Assembly: GCF_004010195.1 (NCBI RefSeq)
Contig: NC_057718.1
Location: 87,686,570-87,745,313 of the forward strand
Reading direction: 5' to 3'
Length of the DNA: 58,744 nucleotides
Source: Chiloscyllium plagiosum
Lineage: Eukaryota
Position numbers and translations under genes: made by a program. Positions 12,975 to 23,314 of the stretch are shown piece after piece. Within the stretch, counting starts at the first letter, position 1. Every line of letters starts with the position of its first letter. A model generated the notes under the pieces. The model was given only the letters and a program-made list of their open reading frames with translations. It did no database searches and was not told where the DNA came from.

Positions 12975-13199
12975 GAGATGAAAGGCTTAACAATCAATTT
13001 ATCAATGTATCATTTCAGTTACATCACACTGTAAATTTTTGCTATAAATTATGTATTAGGATTGAGCCCTCCACTACCACCTGATGAAGGAGCGACGCTC
13101 CGAAAGCTAGTGTGCTTCCAATTAAACCTATTGGACTATCACCTGGTGTGGTGTGATTTTTAATTTTGTACACCCCAGTCCAACACCGGCATCTCCAAG
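12975..13199 (+). mobile_element. Penelope-derived terminal fragment (family B) abutting the minisatellite
   Basis: CACCTGATGAAGGAGCGACGCTCCGAAAGCTAGTG...CCCCAGTCCAACACCGGCATCTCC; homologous to 6353-6470 (-) and 54448-54520 (+). Confidence 0.7.
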
Positions 13200-13206
13200 T
13201 CGAATT

Positions 13207-14033
13207 TGCAGAGGGCACTGTTTCTGGAGAACTGGCCGTTGTTGCTGTGGCGGAGCTGGCGCTACAGAGGGCACTGTTTCTGGAGGACTGGCCGTTGTTG
13301 CTATGGCGGAGCCGGCGCTGCAGAGGGCACTGTTTCTGGAGGACTGGCCTTTTTGTTGCTGTGGTGGAGCCGGCGCTGCAGAGGGCACTGTTTCTGGAGG
13401 ACTGGCCGTTGTTGCTGTGGTGGAGCCGGCGCTGCAGAGGCTCCTGTTTATGGAGGACTGGTTGCTGTGGTGGAGCCGGCGCTGCAGAGGGCACTATTTC
13501 TGGAGGACTGGTTGCTGAGGTGGAGCCGGCGCTGCAGAGGGCACAGTGTCTGGAGGACTGGTTGCTGTGGTGGAGCCGGCGCTGCAGAGGGCACTATTTC
13601 TGGAGGACTGGTTGCTGTGGTGGAGCCGGCGCTGCAGAGGGCACAGTGTCTGGAGGACTTGTTGCTGTGGCGGAGCCGGCGCTGCAGAGGGCACTGTTTC
13701 TGGAGGACTGGTTGCTGTGGCGGAGCCGGCGCTGCAGAGGGCACTGTTTTTGGAGGACTGGTTGCTGTGGCGGAGCCGGCGCTGCAGAGGGCACAGTGTC
13801 TGGAGGACTGGTTGCTGTGGCGGAGCCGGCGCTGCAGACGGCACTGTTTCTGGAGGACCGGTTGCTGTGGCGGAGCCGGCGCTGCAGAGGGCACTGTGTC
13901 TGGAGGACCGGTTGCTGTGGCGGAGCCAGCGCTGTAGAGGGCACTGTTTCTGGAGGACCGGTTGCTGTGTCGGAGCCGGCGCTGCAGAGGGCACTGTTTT
14001 TGGAGGACTGGCCGCTGTTGCTGTGGCGGAGCT
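13207..14033. repeat. GC-rich minisatellite, 16 units of 50-58 bp
   Basis: Consensus GCTGCAGAGGGCACTGTTTCTGGAGGACTGGTTGCTGTGGCGGAGCCGGC. Unit starts have an exact 50-bp period from 13431 to 13981; longer 56-58 bp units start near 13207, 13261, 13317 and 13375. Confidence 0.97.
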
Positions 14034-14410
14034 GAAGCGTGTTGCCTGTCAGATCAAGCAGAGGCTCTAACGGACGTGTGGTGACTGCGGTGGCAGAGCG
14101 GGTGCCCGATGGGCGGTGGATCGGTGTGGGTGAGGCAGCTAAGGATGGTTCTGAGGAGGCTCATCAAGTGCTCTCTCCGGGATTACGGTTTCTGCCTGGC
14201 TTCGTTGCTGTTGTTGAGTTTAGCCTCGCTGTGTTACCAGCTGAACGGTGGGGCTCCGGCCCTGCTGCTGGAACTCCGCAAGTTTCTGGGTAGGTGCCAC
14301 GCCGGAGGACCTCCGCATCTCTGCCTCTGCCAGACAAAGCCTGAGGACCGCGGCTTTGTCTGGCCTGCTTTCCTCAGAGGGACCTTGGAGAAGAGTGAGG
14401 GACGGGAGGT
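13240..14410. promoter_or_regulatory. CpG-rich region over the probable promoter/5' end of the UST-like gene
   Basis: GC and CpG content are visibly higher than in the CpG-depleted background, and the region spans exon 1. The TSS cannot be determined. Confidence 0.55.
14109..14289 (+). CDS. UST: UST-like coding exon 1 (cytosolic tail and type II transmembrane anchor)
   Basis: ATG 14109 follows an in-frame TGA at 14082. It translates MGGGSVWVRQLRMVLRRLIKCSLRDYGFCLASLLLLSLASLCYQLNGGAPALLLELRKFL, resembling the vertebrate UST segment SLRDYGFCMATLL...YQLSGGPPRFLLDLRQYLG (recalled). Phase-1 donor G|GTAGGT at 14290. Confidence 0.85.
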
Positions 14411-14459
14411 GGGTGAGGGACAGACAGATAGGGATGGGGAGATGAGGGCTGGTGGGGGG

Positions 14460-14613
14460 NNNNNNNNNNNNNNNNNNNNNNNNNNNNNNNNNNNNNNNNN
14501 NNNNNNNNNNNNNNNNNNNNNNNNNNNNNNNNNNNNNNNNNNNNNNNNNNNNNNNNNNNNNNNNNNNNNNNNNNNNNNNNNNNNNNNNNNNNNNNNNNNN
14601 NNNNNNNNNNNNN
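14460..14613. other. Assembly gap (N run) in a G/A-rich tract
   Basis: Run of N. Confidence 1.
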
Positions 14614-15269
14614 GGCGGGTAAAAGAGGGGGGTGGGTTTTGTGTGAGAGATGGCGGTTCTGTACAACTAGGAGAATGTGAAGGGAGTATGTTGCGAAGGC
14701 ATGAGGTGTGTGTATGGGGGGGGTTGTGAGAATAGTGCAGGGGGATTGAGACTACTGTGGTTGGGAATGGGTCATAGAATATTTGGCAGAGAGAGTTAGA
14801 TGTATCAGAGTGTGAGGGAGAGGGGTGATTTACTGGATACTATGTTTCATTTACTTGTATTTAGTGTGAAGCTCAGTGTTCTTTTAGGAAATGTCGCATT
14901 CTTCCTTTTAGCTTAGGAATTTCCAACTGTACTATGTCTAAAGTTTGGAAAGTGATGTTTAAACAACCTCAAACTTAGTTTCCAACTTTAGAGGTGATGT
15001 GGAGGGTGGGAAATCATCTCGGAAGCTGAGGAATGGGCTAAAAAACAGTCTGAAAAGATATTAATGGAATCCTTGAGAGAAATGCTGGAAGTGAAAGTAG
15101 AAATTAACAATGTGCATCAGTTAGAAACATGAACATGCACATATAGGGGAGAACAGGTAAATTAAAATCACTAACTTTTCATCCCAATGGGCTGTGAAAT
15201 GTCCTTGCTGATATTTTTAGGACCGGTTGGATTTTGGTCATGTTCCAAATGATTGGCAAATAACATGGA

Positions 15270-16900
15270 TCAATTATAGTCCTACAGCATTGAAGCAGAC
15301 CCGTCCATCCAATCAGTCTGTGCTGACCATTATCACAAATTAAACTGGTCCCATCTGCTTGCACCTGGCCTATATCCCTCCAAATGTTTCATGGACTTAT
15401 CCAAATGTCTTTTTAACATTCGAAGTGTACCTGTATCCACCACTTCTGGAAGTTCATTCCACATGTGAACCACTGTTTTAAAAAAAAAATCCTCCTCATG
15501 TCTTTTTTAAATCTTGCTCTTCTTATGTTAAAAATCGGCCCCCTGGTCTTGAAATTTCATACCCTCAGGAAAAGACACTAGCCATTCATCTTATCTGTAT
15601 CCCTCATCATTTTATAAACCTCTATAAAGTCACCTCTCAACCTCCTAACCAGTGGAGCAAGTCCCAGCCTATCCAGCCTCTCCTTATAACTCAGACCTTC
15701 CATTTCCAACAACATCCAGGTTAATCTTTTTTGAACCCTGTCCAGTTTAATAATATCCTTCCTATTACAGGGTGACAAGAACTAGACACACTACTCCAGA
15801 AGAGGCCTCACCAATGTCTTGTACAACTAAACGCCTCCTTAACAACCCTGTCTACATGTGATGCAAACTTCGAAGAACTATGTATCTGAACCTCTAAGTC
15901 TCTGTGTTCTACAGCACTACTGAAGGAGAAAGTGAGGACTGCAGACACTGGACATTAGAGTCAAAAAGTGTGGTGCTGGAAAAGCAAAGCCAATCAGGCA
16001 GCATCCAAGGAGCAGAAGAGTTAGCATTTCCAGCTTAAGCTCTTCATCGCTGTTGACTCTCCTGCTCCTTGGATGCTGCCTGACCAGTTGTGCTTTTCTA
16101 CCGTCACACCTTTTACACTACTGAAGGCCCTATTTTTATTTTATAAGTCCTGCCCTTGTTTGTTTTACTAAGATGCAATACCGTGCATTTATCCAAATTA
16201 AACTCCATCTGCCATTCCTCAGCCCATTCACTCAATTGATCAAGATCTCTTTGTAATCTTAGATAACCTCTTTAACTGTCCACTATACCACCAATTTTGG
16301 TGTCATCTGCAAACTTACTAAGCATACCTTTTATATCCTCACCTAAATCATTTATGTAAATAATAAACAGGAGTATACCCATATCCGATCCCTATGGAGC
16401 ACCGCTGGTAACAGGCCTCCAGTCTGAAAAAACAACTCTCCACTATCATTCTGTCTCCTGCTGTTAAGCCAATTTATATTCAATTGGAAAGCTCACCCTG
16501 AATCCCATGTGATCCAATTTTACCAATTAGTCTATGTGGAACTTTGTCAAAGGCTTTGCTAAAGTCCACGTGAACACATCTACTGCTCTGCTCTTACCAA
16601 GCTTCTAGGTTACTTCCTCAAAAAGCTCAAATCAAGTTTGTGAGACATGATTTCCTTCACACAAAACCATGTTGACTATCACTAATCCTTCCTTGACACT
16701 CTAAATGCACACAAGTCCTATCTTTTAGAGTCACCTTCGACAACTTCCTTGACACTCTAAATGCACACAAGTCCTATCTTTTAGAGTCACCTTCGACAAC
16801 TTACCCACCACTGAAATCAGAGTTCATAGTTCTGAGGCTTTTGCAATCCCTTCCTAAACAACAGCACAATATGAGCTAGTCTCCAGTCTTCCGGCACCTC
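15270..16900 (-). mobile_element. CR1 LINE RT/3' fragment with a nested Penelope-derived insertion
   Basis: Minus-strand KLDRVQKRLT...RRLRGDFIEVYK and KFADDTK motifs. Insertion 15927-16115 is flanked by CACTACTGAAGG (15915-15926, 16116-16127). Confidence 0.85.
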
Positions 16901-18548
16901 TAAACATAGATTTCAATAAAGGCATTTTGGTAAAGGATTTTGTTGAAGTTCAACAAGAAGCCAAAACATAGAAATCACAAACTGCTTGGAAGATGAAAAA
17001 CTAAATGTTCATGTTTCAGGTCATGAGCACTGAATGAAGGGCTGGCAAATAACCAATGAATACTCCAGTCATAATAAGTGAATTAATGTGATGAATGACC
17101 TGCAATTCATTAGAAGAAGAAGGCTGAAATTGAACCAGACCCAGTGTGGAATGTGTTGGAGACAAAGTGTTGGGATAACACAAAATTGACTCAAAAAATG
17201 GGGCTGGGACAGATTCAGGGTTGTACTTTGATTAGATTAGAAATCATGGTCAGCACTCTATTCAGGCCATCATATCTGTGTTAACTCTCCAAGATCTACT
17301 TAGTGGATCCAATCTCTTACTCTTCTGTTTTTCAATTATTTCTCCATTTCCTTTTTTAAAAATATTTATGGTTTTCCTTTCACTTGTATTTTTGGTAGGG
17401 CTTGGCTATCTACTAAGGACACTCTGCTATAACAAATCTCTTGACCTCTACAATGTTCTTTTGACTTTAAATGAATGCTCGCCATTTAGAAACTCATCAG
17501 TGAGGGGACTGATTTTGCATTATCAAACTCAGGATTTGGAACATCTCTGTTAAATCCCTCATTCGTTATCCTTACTGAGACCAAACTCGTGCTCCTGACT
17601 AACCCTTCATACCCTCCTATTTGGAGTGAAAATTGTCTGAACCCTGACTGATGTGACATTTTCTAAAATAAGGATGGAAAATGAATCTCAGTATTCAAAA
17701 TGTGTTGAAATCAATTATCATTGAACATTACTGTCACTTTTGTTTTTGTAGGCAGTTGAGAAACCCATTTCTTTAAGTATAAGACCTTGTTCTTTCAACG
17801 CTTTGTGCATGAACTCTGAAATCTTGAGTCATTTTCAAATTTTATGTTTCATATACAATTCCTTTTTCTTTGCAGAACGTATCAGTTCATATCTGTTTGT
17901 TCAATACTTCATCTAATACCTGTCTACACCATGCAAGTAGTCTGTTAACATTCTCTGTCATCATCATGATTAATTGCTCTGCTTGTTTTTATTTTGTCTG
18001 ACTGTTGGTTTTATGCTTCCTGTAACTGCATCCTGCTCATTTGTAAATATATAAAAGTACATTTGGTACTTATCAATTGCGATAGTGTGCACATGATTTG
18101 GACATTATGTTCATTGATCACTAGAACATGGCAGCACTAATATATATTTGTAGATGCCTGAATCACGACCTGAACTCCAAACTGATTGATCCTATACCTG
18201 ACTAAGGACTGATTGACGTGAAAAAGGGAAGCTTAGCCAGATAGTGAACAGTGAGACTTCAAAATCTGAATTGCAGCATGCAGGTTCTTCACTAGGGCAG
18301 AGGAACTGAATTACTTAATTAATATAACAAAACAAAGAACTGTTGATTCTGGAAATGTGAAACAAAAAACAAAATTGCTGGAGAAAATCAGCAGATCTGG
18401 CAACATCTGTGGAAAGCAACCAGAGTTAATGTTTCAAGTACAGTAATTCTTCTACAGAACTGTTCTGACAAAGCTGACACTACTTGACACAGCTTCTGTT
18501 CCTCATTATGTTTGCTAGATTATATTCAGAGTCTCCTCGTTCAGTAAC

Positions 18549-18673
18549 CTGAAGAAGGGCCTGTGCCCGAAACGTCGAATCTCCTGTTCCCTGGATGCTG
18601 CCTGACCTGCTGTGCTGTTCCAGCAATAAAGTTTCAATTTTGATCTCCAGGATCTGCAGACCTCACTTTCTCC
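18549..18673 (+). mobile_element. Penelope-derived single-arm insertion (family A)
   Basis: Starts at CTGAAGAAGGGC and ends CCTCACTTTCTCC. Direct repeat TCTCCTCGTTCAGTAACCTG (18532-18551, 18669-18688) overlaps both element ends. Confidence 0.85.
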
Positions 18674-18769
18674 TCGTTCAGTAACCTGTCAGGGCTCCAT
18701 GTCTTTTTAAAATGTTGAGTTCATCATTATTTCCAGTACAACTTCGTGATATACATTTTAAAATAAGAA

Positions 18770-21280
18770 TTATGGGATATGGGTCTTGCTGGAAAAGCCA
18801 TCATTTATTGTTTTGAGAAGGTGGCAGTGAGCTGCCTGTATGAACTACAGGCAATGATGGTTACAGTTTGGAGGAGAGTGCCGACATTGGCAAAGGTTGC
18901 AACTTTGGAAGGTGTTGCCAGGGAGACCTAGTAGGTTGCTACAGTGCATCTTGTGGGTGGAACACACAAACCACTTTTCATTGACGGTGAACTTAGTGAA
19001 CGTTGGAAGTGTCAGATAGTGGTTTTTTTGGACATTTTTGGAGTTGGACTCAAACCACGCATTTGGAGAGTATTCCATCACAATTTTAACCTGTACCTTG
19101 TAGGTGGTGGACAGCCTCGGATAACCAGGAGATGATTGACTTCATAGCCACAGTGTTTGTTTGGCTGGTTTACTTCAGTATTTGGACAATGGTAACCCCC
19201 AGAATATTGATAGTGTGGGATTCAGCATTGGAGATGATCATTTTCTGACACGTGTGGCATTAATGTCACTTGCCACTTCATCAGCTCAAGTCGGAATGTT
19301 GTCAATGAGCTTGCTGCACTTGGACATTGATTGCTTATGTATCTGAGGAGTCATTAATGAAGTGAACATTATGCAATCATCAGCGAGCACCCTCATTTCT
19401 AACTTTATGATGGACGTTAAGTCATTGATGAAGCAACTGAAGATTGTTGGATCTTGGGCACTACCCCAAGGAACTCCTGCCAAGATGGGCTGGGCTGAGA
19501 TGGTTGACCTCTGACAACCAATACCATCTTCCTTTATGTTAGACATGACTTTAACCAGCAGACCATTGCCCACCATATCTCTTTGATAGCCAATCATAAA
19601 TTACCAGACCTGTTTGAAATCTGTTCCATTTAACACAGTACAGTATCCTTGCTGTGAAAATGGAACTTTGTCTCTATGAGGACTGTGCGTTCATCATACC
19701 TACAGATATTGTCATGAACAGATGTGGCTACTACAAATGCAGATAAGGTCAAGTAGATTTTTCCCACTTGTTAGTTCCTTCACATCTGTTGCAAGCTCCA
19801 TCTAGTAGTTACGTCTTTCAGGATGCAGCTAGCCTGGTCAATCACGGTGCTACCATGACACTGTTGATGAATGTTGAAGTCCCCCATGAAGAGTATATTG
19901 TGTGCCCTTGCCACCTGACTGAGCCCTCCAAGTGGTGTTCATCATGGTCAAGTATTTATTCATCAGCTCAGCAGCACAGTGGGCGGCGGGGTGGCACAGT
20001 GGTTAGCACTGCTGCCTCACAGCGCCTGAGACCCGGGTTCAGTTCCCGCCTCAGGCGACTGACTGTGTGGAGTTTGCACGTTCTCCCCGTGTCTGCGTGG
20101 GTTTCCTCCGGGTGCTCCGGTTTCCTCCCACTGTCCAAAGATGTGCAGGTCAGGTGAATTGGCCATGCTAAATTGCCCATAGTGTTAGGTAAGGGGCAAA
20201 TGTAGGGGTATGGGTGGGTTGCGCTTCGGTAGGTCGGTGTGGACTTGTTGGGCTGAAGGGCCTGTTTCCACACTGTAATGTAATCTAATCACAGTAGAAT
20301 GTTTCCTTGCCCAAGTTTGACTTGATGCCATGAGACTTCACAGGATCCAAAGTCAGTGTTGAGGACTCTGAAGGCAACTTCCTTCCAACAGTACACCACT
20401 GTGCCACCACCTCTGCTTGGTGTTCTGGTGGTAGGACAGATGTACCTAGGAATTCTGATGTTGTCTGGAACATTGTAAGAATGACTGTGTCGGAGTGTTG
20501 CTTGACTAGTCCGTGGGACAACTCTCCTAATTTTGGCATAAGTCTTCAGGAGGAAAGGTCATCAGAGGTGTTTGTTGTCATTTCTGTTGTCTTGATTACG
20601 AGGCTAAGCAATGTCACAAAGAGCTAAGCACATTTTAGAAGCTATTTAAGGGTCAACTGTATTGCTGTGGATTTAGAGATCTACATTTGGCCCACACTAG
20701 TTGAGGATATTTCTAAGGGACATGAATGAACCAAATGGTCTATATGAACATTGACAGTGTTTTGAGTTCATCAGTAGAGTAGCTTTTAATTCCTGGTTGA
20801 TAAATTAATTTCAGATTTCGCTGTCTATTTTATGGTATGTTTGGAGTCCACGTTCCCAGAGGTGTAACTGGATTACTAGTCTATTGATAATGCTATTACT
20901 CCATCACCTCCCCCTAGTTCTGGGCCTTAAATCTGCAGTATAACCAACAAGAATTTGTCAAGACCTGTGACCCTGGCTGTATACAGTGCCTTCTATAGTT
21001 TTATGGAATGAACCGTGTTGGCCAAAGACCAGCATTTTGCTGTGGGCCTCAGAAGGTGGTACGAGTGGATTATCTGCCCAGTACCTCTGCCTCACATGGT
21101 TGCAAATGCATCAGCTTTGTGAAGGAATGAGCTGGGCTCTCACATTATTGACTGTGAAGATGTTTGTGGAGCTACCCATACTGATTGCTTGTTTAATTGT
21201 TCACCATTCACCAGTGGAAGTTGCAGAATTTAGATGTGATTTGTTGGTTGTGACATTGCTTAGCTTTGTGTATGGCATAC
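18770..21280 (-). mobile_element. Old, decayed non-LTR retrotransposon (CR1/L2 group)
   Basis: Minus ORF 19286-19597 reads AGVPWGSAQDPTIFSCFINDL...LADDC (RT); endonuclease-like remnants near 20285-20540. Confidence 0.7.
19981..20289 (+). mobile_element. HE1-like V-SINE, young (CpGs retained)
   Basis: A/B boxes, V-domain and TAATC tail; flanked by CACAGT at 19975-19980 and 20290-20295. Confidence 0.95.
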
Positions 21281-21411
21281 TGCTTCTGAAGAATTCAGCT
21301 ATCCTGACTGGATTGCTGTCTTCAAAAGTGCACAAATTGGTGCAATTGACAGATTACGTTTAATGCAGAGAAATGGGAAATAATTCATTTTAGTAGGAAG
21401 AGGATAGAGAC

Positions 21412-23313
21412 TTAGGATAAATAGACAAAGTCTTTTTCCTGGGGTCAGGGAGTCCAGAACGAGAGGGCATAGGTTTAGGGTGAGAGGGGAAAGATATAAA
21501 AGAGACCTAAGGGGCAACGTTTTCAAGCAGAGGGTGGTGCGTGTATGGAATGAGCTGCCAGAGGAAGTGGCGGAGGCTGGTACAATTGCAACATTTAAAA
21601 GGCATCTGGATGGGTATATGAATAGGAAGGGTTTAGAGGGATATGGCTGGGTGTTGGCAGGTGGGACTAGATTGGTTTGGGATATCTGGTCGGCATGGAT
21701 GAGTTGGACCAAAGAGTTTGTTTCCATGCTGTACATCTCTATGACTCTATGGCAATAAAGAATATAATTCTAAAGGGGATGCAGGAGCAAAGGGAACTGG
21801 GGGTATGTGTGTACCAATTATTGAAGGCAGGGGGACAGAGCTAGAGAAAATACAAATAAAGCATAGCAGCATGGGATTATAATTAAAGGCACAATGTACA
21901 AAAGCAAGCAAGTTTTGGTGAGTATTTAGAAAACGCTAGTCATTCTTCATCTGGAGTATTGAGCTGTATTCTGGGCATCACACTTTAGGAGCGATGTGAA
22001 GGTACTGCGAGAGGTGCAAGAAAGATTCATTGCGATAATTCCAGGCAAAATTCAGGCCATGAGTAGATTGGTGTAGTTTGGATTGTTCTCCTTAGACAGG
22101 GGAGTGTTGAGAAATGCTCTGACGGACTTATGCAAAATTATGAAACACTTAGACAGCATGGATAGACAAAAACTTCTCACCAGTGAAAGGGTTAATTAAA
22201 ATTTTGAGCAGTTGCCAAACATGAAACAAAACCTTTTTATCGCAGTGAGTGGGCTGGAACTGTTTTCCCTGGAGCGTCAGAGGCTGAGGGGTGACCTTAT
22301 CGAGGTTTACAAAATTATGAGGGGCATGGATAGGCAAAGTCTTTTCCCTGAGGTCGGGGAGTCCAGAACTAGAGGGCATAGGTTTAGGGTGAGAGGGGAA
22401 AGATATAAGAGAGACCTACGGGGCAACCTTTTCACACAGAGGGTGGTACGTGTATGGAATGAGCTGCCAGAGGAAGTGGTGGAGGCTGGTACAATTGCAG
22501 GATTTAAGAGGCATTTGGATGGGTAAATGAATAAGAAGGGTTTGGGAGGATTTGGGCCGGGTGTTGGCAGGTGGGACGAGATTGGGTTTGGGATATCTGG
22601 TCGGCATGGATGGGTTGGACCGAAGGGTCTGTTTCCATGCTGTACATCTCTGTGACTCTCTGATTAGGATATAGAATACACTAAGTGTGAGTTTGGGCAG
22701 ACTGAATTATGGCTTTCAAGAGGGAATTCAATCATTAACTGAGGAAAAAAAAATGCAAGACGACAGGGATTAGTCATAGAGTCATAGAGAAGTACAGCAC
22801 AGAAACAGACCCTTCAGTCCAACTCATCCATGCTGACCAGATATCCTAACTTACTTTAGTTTTAAATTCCATCTGCCACTCCTCAGCCCATTCACTCAAT
22901 TGATCAAGATCTCTTTGTAATCTTAGATAACCTCCTTAACTGTCCACTACACCCACCTTTTTGGTGTCATCTGCAAACTTACGAACCATATCTTCTATAT
23001 TCTCATCTAAATCATTTATATAAATGGTAAACAGGAGTAAAATTAGAGGGAGTCAATTTAAAATGGAAATGAGACATTTCTTCAGCCAGAGAATGGTGAG
23101 CCTGTGGAATTCATTGCCGCAGAGCGCAGTGGAGACCGGGACGTTAAATGTCTTCAAGGCAGAGATTGATAAATTCTTAATCTCGCAAGGAATTAAGAGC
23201 TATGGGGAGAGGGTGGGTAAGTGGCATCGAAATGCCCATTAGCCATGATTGAATGGCAGAGTGGACTCGATGGGCCGAATGGCTTTACCTCTACTCCTAT
23301 GTCTTATGGTCTT
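21412..23313 (+). mobile_element. Cluster of CR1 3' fragments (mostly +; short - pieces at 22772-23040)
   Basis: Repeated RGERYKRDLRGN.F.QRVVRVWNELPEEV motifs and CR1 3' ends near 21750, 22660 and 23313. Confidence 0.85.
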
Positions 23314-23314
23314 A

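Noticed and set aside
13207..14033. CRISPR-like array
   Set aside because: Units are contiguous with no unique spacers, there are no cas genes, and the DNA is eukaryotic.
13042..14070. Long overlapping ORFs (up to 289 aa) on both strands
   Set aside because: They arise from a stop-poor 50-bp tandem repeat cycling through frames. An in-frame TGA at 14082 separates them from the UST-like frame.
14290..14729. Continuation of ORF 14109-14729 as coding sequence
   Set aside because: UST similarity ends at the GT donor at 14290, and the ORF runs through an N gap.
19981..20060. tRNA gene-like A/B boxes (also at 12523, 30392, 30980)
   Set aside because: These are tRNA-derived SINE heads followed by the V-domain, not cloverleaf tRNA genes.
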